Position numbers and translations under genes: made by a program. From Caecitellus pseudoparvulus (taxonomy: Eukaryota > Protista > Bigyra: Bicosoecida): DNA of 64,000 nt. The DNA is taken from positions 310,001-374,000 of the forward strand of contig CBFFRQ010000019.1 in assembly GCA_965644315.1 (NCBI GenBank), written 5' to 3'. Below are positions 34,793-46,600 of the stretch, piece by piece (position 1 is the first letter of the stretch; every line of letters begins with the position of its first letter). A model generated the notes under the pieces. That model ran no database searches. It saw nothing but the letters and a program-made list of their open reading frames with translations, and had not been told where the DNA came from.

Positions 34793-37434
34793 TCACTCCG
34801 AGGGGTGGAACTTGCCGTTCTTGGCAGCCAGGTCCAGCAGCAGCTGAGGCGGCGCAAAGTGGTCCCCGTGCTTCTCAGCGAACGCCTTGAGCTTGTCGGT
34901 GAAGGTGGCGGCGCCCATCTGGTCCACCCATCGGAAGGGCCCCCCTCGGAAGGGCGGGAAGCCGACGCCGAAGATGGCGCCGATGTCGCCGTCGCCCGGC
35001 GAGCGGATGATGTCGTGCTGCAGGCACAGCACGGCCTCGATCACGAAGCGGCTGGTCATGCGCATGGCGATGGTGTCGGCGTCTTCCCCCGCGCTGGGGG
35101 CGCCCTCCTGCGTGAACTTCTTCACGATGTCCATGGCAGCGGGGTTCAGGGGCTTGCTCTTGCCCTTGGCGGTGTAGTCGTAGTACCCCTTGCCACCCTT
35201 GCGCCCGGTGATGCCGGCGTCCAGGAACGCCTGCAGCATAGCCATGTCCCCGCCTGCTGTGCGGTTCTCCAGCTTGTCCGACATGAACGTGGCCACGTGC
35301 GTGGCGACGTCGATGCCCACCTCGTCCATGAGCTTGACGGGGCCCACGGGCCAGCCGAAGGAGGTGAGGGCCTTGTCCAGGGCCTTGGGGTCCACGCCCT
35401 CCTGGATGAGGGCCACGCCCTCGGCCAGGAAGGGCGTCAGGGAGCGGTTCACGTAGAAGCCCGGCACGTCCTTTACCACGATGACCGTCTTGCCCTGCTT
35501 GTACCCCAGCTCCACGGCGGTGGCCGCGGCATCCGCGTCGGTGCCGTCGTGCGTGATGACTTCCAGCAGCGGCATCTTGTCCACGGGGGAGAAGTAGTGC
35601 ATGCCCAGGACGCGGCCGGGGCGCTTGGCGCCCTTGGCGATGTCGGCGATGGGGATGGCAGAGGTGTTCGTCGCGAACACGGCGTGTTCCGGCAGCTGCG
35701 GCTCCACCGCCGCCAGCACCTTGTGCTTCAGGCCCAGGTCCTCAAACACTGCCTCGACCAGCACGTCCGTGGCGCCCAGGTGGCGCGCCTCAGCGGCCTT
35801 GGCGCCCTCGTCCACGCCCTGCGCACCCAAGCCCGAGAAGAAGGTCATGTCCTCCGCCAGGCCATGCACGCGGGATAGGATGGCGTCGCGGTCGGCCTGC
35901 GTCATGCGGCGCTTCTTGACCTTGCCGTCCAGGTTGCCCTGGATCTGCGCCTCGCCCCGTGCCAGCCCCGCGCTGAACTTGTCCTTCAGCAGCACCTGCA
36001 CGCCGGCCTTGGCGGCTGACACCTCTGCGATGCCCGCGCCCATGAGCCCGGCGCCCAGCACAGCCACCTTCTTCACGGGGCGACTGGGCTTCCCGAAGGG
36101 GTTCTTCTTCGTGGCGGTCTGGGAGGCGAAGACGCCGCGCAGGGCGTCGGAGACGGCGCTCACGCCCAGGCGCCCAAAGCCCTCCCGCTCCGCCTTGAGG
36201 CCCGCCTCCAGACCACCCTCGGCACCCGCCTTGATGGCGTTCAGGATCTCCATGGGGGCGGGGTAGTTCGTGCCGGCCTGCTTCTTGATCATCTTCTCAG
36301 CCTGGTTGAACAGCACGGCCCGCCCCAGGGGGTTGCCCTCCAGCGCCTTGGTTGCCAGGGACGATTTCCAGCGGGGCTGAGGCACCTTGAAGGAGCCGTC
36401 TGCGCGGCCTCGCGCCGCCTGCAGACCGGCGTCCAGCAGAGCGTGGGGGTCTGCCACAGCGTGCACGACCCCCGCCTTCTTGGCACGGTCTGCGTTCAGC
36501 TGCTTGCCTGTGGTGGCCAGGGTGAGGGCGGTCTGGATGCCAGCGGCCTGAGGCAGGCGCTGGCAGCCACCGGCTCCCGGCAGCAGGCCCAGCATGACCT
36601 CGGGCAGGCCCAGCTTGGTCTTGGGGCTGGAGCTGGCGATGCGGTAGCCGCAGGCCAGCACCACCTCCAGACCACCGCCCAGAGCGCTGCCGTCCACTGC
36701 CGCCACCAGAGGCTTCTTCTTGTCCAGGGCTTCCAGGCGGTTGGTCAGCTTCTGCCCGAAGGCGGCCTCACGAGCGAAGTCTTCCTCCGTCACGCAGGCG
36801 TTCTGCAGGTCACACAGGGCGGGCAGGGGTGCATGCCAGCCGTGCTGAGCGCCGGTGCGGAGCGCAACGCACGAGCATTTTGATGTCAGCACCCGCGATG
36901 AAGTTGCCAGGCTTGCCTGAAATCAGCACTGCAGCCCGGATGGACGCATCGTTCTCAATCTTGTCCAGGATGGCCTCGAACTCAGGGCCCATCTCGTGGT
37001 TCAGCGCATTCACCTGCAGAGCGCGGCAGGCGGCGGCGCTAGTGCAAAGCAGGCGGCGTGGCGGAATTTCGCATTACCCCATATTCCGCCGACCGTCAGA
37101 GCGTGTGGCTCGCGCGCACGCTCCTCCAGCGCACCGCAGGGTGCGGATTGGCACACAACATGCGCTTCATGCACATTCCCAGCCGTGAACCGCCACGCAC
37201 CTTCTCCTTCTTGGAGTCGATGGTGATGATGCCAATGCCGTCGGCAGTGACTGCCAGGGACAGGTGGTCGCCAGGCAGGATGGGCTCAGGGATGGCCTCA
37301 GTGGCCAGGCACCGCACTGCTGTCACGGCAGGGGCCACGCCCTGACGCATGGGTGCGGTGACCACGCGTGGCAGGACTGAGGCAGCCCGGCGCACGCCGG
37401 TGGCCAGCGCGCGAGCTGCTGTAGCAGCAGCCAT
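34793..37434 (-). CDS. HADHA: Mitochondrial trifunctional enzyme alpha subunit (enoyl-CoA hydratase/3-hydroxyacyl-CoA dehydrogenase), multi-exon
   Basis: [79 protein letters not shown]; transit peptide. Confidence 0.95.
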
Positions 37435-37771
37435 GGTGGGTACGTGAGTGGACTGGTCTGCGGAGCGGCTCACGGGCCAGAGGGCATCGCAGTGGCAGTG
37501 TTGAGGCGGTACTGGAAAGTGGCCCGTGGCGACGCGGTGTGCGTGCGTGGAGCGGGGGCCTGCGGAAATTGCACCGCCTCCCACGTCCCTGCAGTGCTCA
37601 TTGTGCGTGACACAGTCAAAAAGCAAGCTGTCCCTGATACTGTGGCTGCAAGACATGGTCCGCGTTGCAAATTCGTCAGCGCATGTCTCCTGGCCGGCTC
37701 GCTACGCCCAGGATTGGAGTTCTGGAGGCTCGAGGCGCTGCCCACATTCCTGCGCAGCCCGGCTTAGCACC

Positions 37772-38263
37772 ATGGCTGAAAGCCAGAAGCAGACCCGCCT
37801 GGACATCCACAATGAGTCGTTCTCCTCCAAGCTCATGAGGAAGTAGGTGCTGCCTGCCTCGTGGAGCGCCTGCCAGCGGCCTGCGAAACGCTGATGCGAA
37901 ACGCTGATGCGTCACAGGAGCAAGGAGGACCCCTGGGTGCCTGTCGGGGCAGCGCTGGTGGTGGGTGTGCTGGGCAGGGGACTGCACGCCATGTACAAAG
38001 GCGACACCAAGACGTCGTACCGCATGATGCGGTACCGTATCCTGTGGCAGGGCTCCGTCGTCCTGGCCCTTGTCTTTGGCATGTACGCGGGAGGGGGCGG
38101 TTCGGCGGTTCCCGGCAGTAGCCGCGCTGCAGTGGACAAGCGCTTCTACTTGGATGCCGCTGAGAAGTACGCTGTTGAGGTGGGCCCCAAGGGCCCTGGG
38201 GACACTCTGCCATACCCCTCTGCCGGGCAGGGGTCAGCTGACGCCGGCAGCTCGGAGCGGTGA
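37772..38263 (+). CDS. HIG1-domain mitochondrial membrane protein (Rcf1-like); one intron
   Basis: ESFSSKLMRK|SKEDPWVPVG..GLHAMYKGD..SYRMMRYRILWQG, the HIG1 signature. Confidence 0.85.
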
Positions 38264-38400
38264 AGCAGCAGCTGACGCAGCTGCGTATTTTGCGACTGCC
38301 GTTCTCGGTGTGTGCCGCTGGCAGCGGCGGGAATTCGCGCGCAATTATGGATTAGTCCAGTGCCCTGCAATCTTTCCTGGTCAAGCACCCTGTGAATGCA

Positions 38401-41400
38401 TCATGCCTGTTTCGAGTCGGCCTCGAAGTAGCTGGCGCGTGCCGTGCTGCCTGCCGCCCTGCCCACCCCACGCCCTGGGGCTTGCGCCTGCAGCAAGGCA
38501 CGAGCTGTGGCGAGGATGTCTTGGGCACTGGTGGGCTTGCTCAGCACTTCGTCGGCGCCGGCGGCCTTGAAGCTGTCAATGTCGTCGCTCATCACGTTGC
38601 CTGTGACTCCCAGGATGGCCGGCCTGTGCACCCGGCAAGGCGGCTGTGCAAACTGCGCCAAAATGGCGCTGGACAGGCCATCCCCGCCAAGTCTAGGCAT
38701 GGTCATGTCGGTCACGACCACATCGAACGGCGGGTGGGGCGCTGCCACAGCCAGCGTTGCTTGCAGTGCTTCCAGCGCCTCCACGCCGTCTTCAGCCTGC
38801 ACCACGTCATGCCCTTTGCGCGCCAGCTGCCGCGCCAACATGGTGCGAATCGGTGCACTGTCTTCAACTAGGAGAATGTGCATGCGATCGTGTTCAGCCG
38901 GGGCTGATGCCAGGGCAGGGTGAGCACTGTATGGCGAAAGCGACGTGTGTGCCGGGCGCAGCGCGGGCAGGGCAGACGCCGGCCTCCTGCGCAAGACAGG
39001 CGGATCAGGCCGCTGACGAGGCCGGCGACCAAGCAGCCGTTGGATGCTGAGGCGTGTCCTGTGGACGGGGGAGTCTGCTTCGCCAGAGTTGGTGCTGCTT
39101 TCGGGAGCGTCGCTGGCAGCAGCAACGGACGCGTCTGGGGTGCCTTTGTTCACCCTGAACGAATCCTCCCGCTGCACGACGGGAAACAGCGCGATGAACG
39201 TCGAGCCATGGCCCAACCCAGCGCTGAATGCAGCTACGTCGCCCCCTTGGCTCTGCACTAGCTCGCGCATGAGCCAGAGGCCGAGGCCGTTGCCGATGGC
39301 GCCACTTCCTGAGCGCAGGCGGGAGAAGGGGCGGAACAACCGGCTGGCTTCCTCAGCGGTCATGCCCATGCCTTGGTCTGAAACACAGAGAGCTAGCAAG
39401 CAGCCTCTCTGAGGCGACATTTCCCTCGTCGCCAAGCTGCTGCGCGACCGGCTGGAGGAGGGGCTGCCCAGCGAGCTGTGACCAAGACTGCGCGACTTGT
39501 TCAGCAAGGCACACACCTCCCGGATGCCGTGGAAGCCAGTGGGCAGCAGGGACTTGCACTGGTCATGGCTCTGCAGCAGGGTGCCATGCACTTGGACGTG
39601 GGCCGTCGGACAGTCAGCTTCTTTGCCGTACTTGACTGCGTTGGAGAAGAAGTTCGTCAGCACCTGCACCAGAGTGGCTTGGGTGGCGGAGGAGAAGAGT
39701 GTGCCCAATGATTCTGATGTGCAGCTCTCCCTCGAGCGAGAAGACTGCAACAGGGCCTGGATGCTGGCGCAGAAAGACACCGACAGCTCGGCAGCGTGGC
39801 CGTGGACGTCCCTGCTCGCTCTGGTGTTCATCCACGCCACGCTGATGGCGCTGGACACGTCCAAGGCTTGCAATGTGTTGGACATGGCATTCAGGCTGTG
39901 CTCCCTCCTGACACTGCGATGGCGGCGCATGTACAGCAGCATATTGTCCAATATGTCAGCCAACACCTGCAGCGGCTGCCGCACCATCAGCGTCGAGCTT
40001 TCGACTTCCTCAATGACCTCGTGGCAGCCTCTGGAGTCCGCGACTACATCAGTTGACTGGAAATCACTGTGACGCAGCAGTTGTCCTCCGTTCCCCTGGG
40101 TGTTTGGGGCGCTGTCTGTCAACGGTGCGGTCTGTGCCGGCTCCTCCACTGGCTTGCGTGCAGCGGCCTCATGCATAGCACGCAGCTGGCGGCGCAGATT
40201 TGGAAGCAAGTCACTATCAATGGTTTCAATGCCCAACAAGGCTGCCGCCACGGGAGAGCGGCACTCGTGGGACAGCCAGCGCAACATGGCTGTTGTCTGC
40301 ATGTGCTCGCGCTGCTGAGCCAGCAGGATGACGTGTGACATGACGCGTTCATGGCCAAACATCATGAGGATGAGCAGCAGAAGCAGGAAGGATGGGATCA
40401 AGATGAAGGAGTAGGCGCTGGTGTGGTTGTCCAGGGCGAAGAAACGGATGGACCAGTCTCCAGGCACCACATCGCACGTCCCCATGGCATGAGCTTGGCT
40501 GTCTGAGTATCCCAGCGCCGGCCCCGTCAGCACTTCGCCCAGCGCGTTGAAGCCGTGCAGGCACAGCAAGGCATGGAACTTGGTCACAGTGAAGACACTC
40601 ACACCCAGCAGTCCCAAGGTGGCGGTGCCGGCCATGAGCCACCGCGCCTCCAGGCGCAGGCCTTGCACTTGCTCAGGAGAGTACTGCGGAACACGGTACA
40701 CCAGGGGCGGAACGGCCCTGGACAAGCACGCAGCACTTTGCACGAAGGTCTGGTCAATGCAGCGCAACCAGGGGGGTGTTTCATCTTGGGGGTACGCGTG
40801 CCACAGTGCCCCATGCAAGAAGCACGGGGCGAGGACGGTGTTGGCCAGCAGGACCATGCCCAGGAGACCCCCTTCGATGCGCACGTCCCAGACCGCCCCG
40901 ACGAAGGCTGCCAGTGGCACCAAAGACACGAGCATGGTGGGCCACTGCATGGCAGACACTGCTACCAGTGCCTCCTTTTCGTTCCCGCCAACGACTGGGA
41001 AGAGCGAACTGTCAGGGGACTGCAGCGGCAGGACAAGGTGCCGAAGTACGATGTCGCAGAACAGCACGGCGACGACGCCCTCCACTGCGAGACGAATCTC
41101 CAGCGTCAGACAGCCTGCCCTGTACCCTGCCATGGGTCCATCTGAGACAGGGCCAGTGGGGGAGCAGCCACCGGCAGTGAGTCCATGGGGACCGACTCCA
41201 TTGTCGTTTGGCAAGGAAGACGCCACGATGTTCAGGCACATCAGCGGGCCAATGACGAGCAGCACCCAGGAATAGTCCCACTGCAGGTATGCCTGCGCCT
41301 TGGAGCTGGTGCGCAGGGACGCGTTGACCGCTGAGCTCATGTTGCCCGAGGCTTGCTGCTCCGTGGGCATGGTAGCGAAGAGACTCGCGCCGGCAGGCGG

Positions 41401-41913
41401 CTTCTGCAGCAGGGCGAACAGCGTCGCAGAGACAGCAATAAAGACGAACGTCCAAGTGACGATGATGGAGTCCTGCTGGCCATCAGGGTCTTCGTGGGCG
41501 CACTGTCGGCTGCCGATGGCAGCCTGGCAGATGACCGTGGCAAGACCTGTGGCCACGGCCGCAAAGCGCGGCCAATCGCCGCTGGTGGTGCCCCAACAGC
41601 CGCGTGTCGGCTGCATGCACAGGTTGCGTGGGGACGACCCTGGGCTTGAAGATGGACTCATGGATAGCTGGAGTGTGCTGCTGGCGCTGCCTGTTGACAT
41701 GTGGGCTGAGGGGGGCTGGCGGCGGGGCGCACTTGTCTCCTCTGCTGGCGTTTCGCGTGCAGTCCATGGGTGCACGCTGGAAGCACCAAAGCCTGGGCTC
41801 CAGAAGGGGGCCTGCGTGCTTTGAAGGTGTCTCTTGGATGTGTCCAGGGGGGGCGGGCGCATCGAGGTGACTGGCGGTTGCTCTGGGGCTGCCTCAGGAC
41901 TCTCTGCAGCCAT
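38401..41913 (-). CDS. Hybrid sensor histidine kinase/response regulator, second copy
   Basis: H-box WLSHECRSP, N-box TNFFSNAVKY, VSDQGMGM, LFRPFSRL, GNGLGL, GHGSTF; receiver ILLVEDS..TDMTMPRLGG..GVTGN..LSKP; multi-TM N-terminus; single exon. Confidence 0.92.
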   Translation of the reverse strand: MAAESPEAAPEQPPVTSMRPPPLDTSKRHLQSTQAPFWSPGFGASSVHPWTARETPAEETSAPRRQPPSAHMSTGSASSTLQLSMSPSSSPGSSPRNLCMQPTRGCWGTTSGDWPRFAAVATGLATVICQAAIGSRQCAHEDPDGQQDSIIVTWTFVFIAVSATLFALLQKPPAGASLFATMPTEQQASGNMSSAVNASLRTSSKAQAYLQWDYSWVLLVIGPLMCLNIVASSLPNDNGVGPHGLTAGGCSPTGPVSDGPMAGYRAGCLTLEIRLAVEGVVAVLFCDIVLRHLVLPLQSPDSSLFPVVGGNEKEALVAVSAMQWPTMLVSLVPLAAFVGAVWDVRIEGGLLGMVLLANTVLAPCFLHGALWHAYPQDETPPWLRCIDQTFVQSAACLSRAVPPLVYRVPQYSPEQVQGLRLEARWLMAGTATLGLLGVSVFTVTKFHALLCLHGFNALGEVLTGPALGYSDSQAHAMGTCDVVPGDWSIRFFALDNHTSAYSFILIPSFLLLLLILMMFGHERVMSHVILLAQQREHMQTTAMLRWLSHECRSPVAAALLGIETIDSDLLPNLRRQLRAMHEAAARKPVEEPAQTAPLTDSAPNTQGNGGQLLRHSDFQSTDVVADSRGCHEVIEEVESSTLMVRQPLQVLADILDNMLLYMRRHRSVRREHSLNAMSNTLQALDVSSAISVAWMNTRASRDVHGHAAELSVSFCASIQALLQSSRSRESCTSESLGTLFSSATQATLVQVLTNFFSNAVKYGKEADCPTAHVQVHGTLLQSHDQCKSLLPTGFHGIREVCALLNKSRSLGHSSLGSPSSSRSRSSLATREMSPQRGCLLALCVSDQGMGMTAEEASRLFRPFSRLRSGSGAIGNGLGLWLMRELVQSQGGDVAAFSAGLGHGSTFIALFPVVQREDSFRVNKGTPDASVAAASDAPESSTNSGEADSPVHRTRLSIQRLLGRRPRQRPDPPVLRRRPASALPALRPAHTSLSPYSAHPALASAPAEHDRMHILLVEDSAPIRTMLARQLARKGHDVVQAEDGVEALEALQATLAVAAPHPPFDVVVTDMTMPRLGGDGLSSAILAQFAQPPCRVHRPAILGVTGNVMSDDIDSFKAAGADEVLSKPTSAQDILATARALLQAQAPGRGVGRAAGSTARASYFEADSKQA

Positions 41914-42485
41914 GCTGGCGCAAGGAAGAAACGCAGCGGTTTGGCACCTGCCTGGGGCTCTTTCGCAGCAAGGCGGCTTGTACTACAACAAGTGGACACA
42001 GGTATCAGTCTCTTCAGGTACACATTTGCCGCCGTTCGCTGCTGCGCAACGGCCTGTTGCGGCAAGACGTTGTGTGGAGCAGCCACACAGGTGGCGGGCA
42101 AGCGGTACTTGGGCGGAGTTGACGAGGTGTTCCCAAGGCCCCAGGGACTACGTCAAGAATCTGACCCTTGATGAGTAGAAGCACGACACCGTGCTTGTCT
42201 TGACACACAATGTGCTCGTTGAGTGCGGATTGTTGGAGTGAATTGGACATGCGAGTGTTTCCGCCAAGTCTGTGCTTTGCTTGTCTTGCCAGCAAAGAGG
42301 CAGGGAAGACGAGGAGACAAAACACACACGCCAGGCCTTCCACTACAGACAGCGGCGCTTGTCCTGTAGTTGTGGCAAAGCGACGCCTGTGCCTCTCAGA
42401 GGTCCGACGGTTGAAAGGCTGGAACGGCTGGGCAGGGTGTGTGCGAGGCGATTTCCGCACCTGCGTCCTTCATCGTGCTACAGCC

Positions 42486-43252
42486 ATGTACAAGAGTCGT
42501 GGCGATGTCCGTGATAGGCCACGAGGCCTCGCGGGCACTTCAATGGTGCGTGCGCCGTTTCCTTCCCCGGGACAGCAGTGTGCAGCTGCTCTGGGTGCGC
42601 CTCCCTACGGGCGCAGTTTGACAGCGCCACAACGTCAGATTTACTAGCTCGAGGAGGCTGCCAGGCGGACGAGGCGGGGTGCGTACACTCAGGGCGCAGT
42701 GTATGCTCATGCCTATTTATGTGGTTGATCCGAAAATCCTGTATGCCACTCCACAGGACGACGGTGGCCGCGTTTGCAGCACAGGCGCTGGTGACTGACC
42801 TGGCTCGCCGTGCTCGTCTGCGGGCCCACGTGCACAGCTCCAAGACCATGGCGGTGCCGGCGCCCATGGGCCAGCACACCCTCAGCAACGCAGACTTGAT
42901 GGCATACCTGAACGAGATCGGGGTGGCCGCCTCGGACTCCAGCATGTGGAGCGCACCAGCAGACGAGCGTTTCGTGCAGGCAGCCGTGGAGCACGCGCCA
43001 GACAGTGACAGTGAGGAGGAGGCAGGGGACGCAGACGTGCTCTTGGGAAGTGCCGGCTCCGGACAGGCAGTTGGTGCTGCCTCTGGCGCTCGTGGCGGCG
43101 CACTGGCGGACTTGTTGCCGGCGGCGGGGAGCAAGCCAGTGCTGCCTACAGCGCCTGCCGCGACGAGCTCCGTCGCCCTAGCGCCGGTGTCCATCCCAGG
43201 GGAGATGCCAGGCGGGGTCAAGTTCAAGAGCACGCCCTTGGGGCAGCTGTGA
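42486..43252 (+). CDS. TAF10-like histone-fold protein (exons 42486-42545, 42617-42678, 42757-43252)
   Basis: Manual splicing via GT-AG introns gives FDSATTSDLLARGGCQADEAGTTVAAFAAQALVTDLARRA..HTLSNADLMAYLNEIGV, resembling TAF10 (AAQKFISDIA..TLTMEDL..AL.EYG). Confidence 0.55.
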
Positions 43253-43612
43253 GGCCCCCCCGGTGGGGGGGGGGCGCACAGCAAGTGGCCAGCCGCCACT
43301 GGCGGTAGGCACATTTGAAAGGCTGTTGGGGTATAGCAAGCCCATAGCACTCGCCACAACAGCATTGAATTCAGCGTTCCGTGTCCTCATTGCCTGTCAC
43401 CGCTGGGGGGCAGTGCTTGGACACAGCGCTACACCAGCGCGTGCACCAGTGCGCCGGGCGCTGCAAGTGCACTCCGAGACAGTGAGGGGCAGGGTGCAGC
43501 CAGCGAGGGAAGTCACACGTGTGACGACTGTGTGGACTGGTCCAGCCCCTGAGACGGCCCGGCAGAGCGTTTGCATTCGCGCGGAGGTCGCCGCGTTTCA
43601 CCTGCGTTGCCG

Positions 43613-46600
43613 ATGGCCAGTGGCAGCGCGCCGCCCGTCGTGCGCAACCAGACGGGGACATGGAAGCCCATCAAAGGCGAATGTGATGATCTCGAGGCAT
43701 ACTTTCAAAACCTGGGCGTGGGGTGGCTGGCTCGCAAGCTCGTGCTGGCGGTGGATGTGCAGTACGAGGTGCGGCAGACTCCGACCCTTCTGCGGCAAAC
43801 CGACGTCACGGGGTGGGGCCGGCACCACACGGACTACATTCTGGACGGCCTGTGGCACCCCGTGAAGCAGGTGGGCGGCGCTGAGCGCCTGACCAAGGTG
43901 TCCCAGGACGACATCACTGGCGCCCTCAGCATCGAGGTGCAGCTGGGTGAGAGCGGCGGCACGAGTGTGGACACCCGGCGTCTGTTGACGCGCACACGGC
44001 TAGAGCAGCGCCTGAGCCTGTACCGGGACAGCCAGTGCGTGGCCCGTGCGCGGCGGGTGTGGGGCAAGGTGGAGACGCCCGAGGAGGCGCGGGCGTGTGA
44101 GGAGGCCGAAGCAAGGGCGCGGCAAATGCTCGCGCTGGACGCCGTGGCGGCCGGCGGCGTCGGCGCCTTTGCGGGTGGGGCTGTGTCGGCGGGCAAGGCC
44201 CTGCCGGCGGGGGGCGGCTCGCAGTGGACGGCTGCGTACGACATCCCCGTGGACCACAGTTTGTTCGGCGTGGGGGGGGGTGCCGCATCCGGCGGCAGCC
44301 CCCCCAAGCGCAAGGCGCCGGCTGCCACCCCGGGTGGTGCAGCTCTACCGCCTGCCTTTGGCGTCAGTCTGTCTGGCGTGTGGAGCGTGGACACCAGCAT
44401 CAGTGACCCCATGGGCCCCATGCTGACCGCCCTCGGCATCCCCTGGCTGGCGCGGTCTGTCGCGGAGAGCCTGGTGTTCACCACCACCCTGCGGCACAAG
44501 GCCCTGCTGCCGTCCCCCCCCTCCGCCCACGAGGACCCTGCTCAGGGGGGGGGTGAGGAGGAGCGCAAGCCCTCCTCCGGCGTGCTCGAGGTGCCGGAGG
44601 GGCTCTTCGCTGGGAGCTGCAGTATGCGGGATGCCTCCTCCCTGGGAGTGAACGTGTCGCACCTGGTGCTGGACGGCGTCCCGCGCAGGCGGACGGGGGA
44701 CGACGGCAAGAGCATCCACATCTGCGCCACGGCGCTGACGCCGGAGGAGGTGTATGGGACACCCCCCTGGACAGGCGGAGGGGCCCTCCCGCCCAACCTG
44801 CCTCCCCCTGCGGGCGAACCGTACCCCCCCCTGGAGCGCGATGCACTGCCCCCCGTGTCACACGAGAGCAGTGCGGCGGCGGCGGCAGCTGCGGCCGCCG
44901 CTGCCAAGGCGGCCGGCATCATGTCACAGGGCGTGGAGTGGCCGGCGCCGCCGCACTGTGACATGCTGCGGGGCATGCTGCTGTCCTGGGCAGACGCTCG
45001 GCAGGAGGCGTCCCCGGCCTCGCCGGCAGCAGACGGTGATGCAGAGGAGGCTGATGAGGCAGGGCCGGACCCGGGTGAAGGTGGGGGGGATGGCGTGGGG
45101 GGTGACCCATCCACGGAGCCCGCGAGTGGGGCGGGGCGTGCAGGTGATGGGCCCACCCCACCGCCGCCCATCGCACTGCGCACCGTGTCGGTGCTGCCTG
45201 AGGACAAGGGGGTGACGGTGGAGGTGCGGCAGTTGCTGGCTGGGGGGCGGCAGTTGCGCACGACGACAGACTACTACAAGGCGGGGGGGGAGCTGGCCTG
45301 TCGCATGACGCGCATCAGCAGGTGCAAGGAGTTCAACGGGACCCCCCCTCAGCTGTCCCTGGAGGGGGGGGCCTCGCCGGAGGTAGGGGAGGGTGGGGAG
45401 GGCTCAGGCAGTGACGGCGAGGGGGCGTTGGAGGCGCCGGTGGACCCCCCCCTCACCCCCTCTGCCACTGGCCTCGCGTCGTCCCACGCCTCATCCTGGA
45501 GTGTCTCCGCAGGCAGCGGCGGCGACGGTGCGTTCAGCGGCAGTGACTCGGAGGAGGTGGAGGGCACGGCCGTCAACTTCTCCGGCACCTGGCACATCGA
45601 CTGGGGCCGCTCCCAGCGCCTGTCGGAGTTCTTGAAGTCTGTCGGCGTGGACTGGCTGGCGCGCCGCGTGGTGAACTCGCTGGACGTCACGTACACCATC
45701 GACCACACGCCAGTGCACTGGATGGTGCGCGAGGAGTCCAAACTGGGCCGGTTCGCCCACAGCATGCTGGCAGATGGGCGGTTCCACATGGTGCCGCAGC
45801 CCAATGACGTCATCGCCCCCGTGCGGTGCATGCAGGACCGCACGTCAGGTGACGTCATCGTGGAGACGCTGCTGTTGAGCGACCCCTCCAACGGCCCCGC
45901 AGTGCACCGCCTAGTACCGCTTGCACGTGAGGCGGCGGCGGCCGAGGCGCGAGGGGACCCGCCCCCCCCTGCCCTGTTGGCTCTGCTGGCGCCCGAGGGG
46001 GGGGGCGGCGGCGGCTCCGTCGCCTCGGGTGCATCTGGTCCCCGCCGCATGGCCCGGACACTGCCGGCGGGGGTGGGCCCAGCCTCCCGCACCGCTGTTC
46101 GTCGGCCGTCTTCTGACTTTGCCCGGCGGTATGGGCGGGGGCGGGCGGATTCGGGGGCGTCCACACACAGTGCCGTGTCGGCCAGTGCGCTGGCAGGGGT
46201 GGTGGGGGCGACGGGGGGGGCTGTGCTGGGGGGCGGCGGCGTGCCTGCCGAGGAGGGAGGGGGGGGTGCGCCCCCTCCTGGTTTCCTGGAGACACTGCGG
46301 CAGGTGGATGAGGATGCGCTGTCCACAGGGCCGACGGGGGACGCGGCGTCACCTCGAGCCCCCCTGGAGGAGGAGGGCGAAGAGGGGGGTGGCGGCCACA
46401 GTGTCGCGTCGGGGTCCACGTCTCACACCTCCCCAGCAGGGGGCGGGTCCGCTGCCGTGTGGGACCGCGTGTCCAAGCAGTCTGCCCGCATCCTGGACAT
46501 CCGCCACGCCGACGGGCGCACTGTGCAGCGGCAGGTGCTCATGTACATCACAGCGGACGGTGTGGCCAAGCACGCCTGCACGCGGTACTTGATCAAGGTG

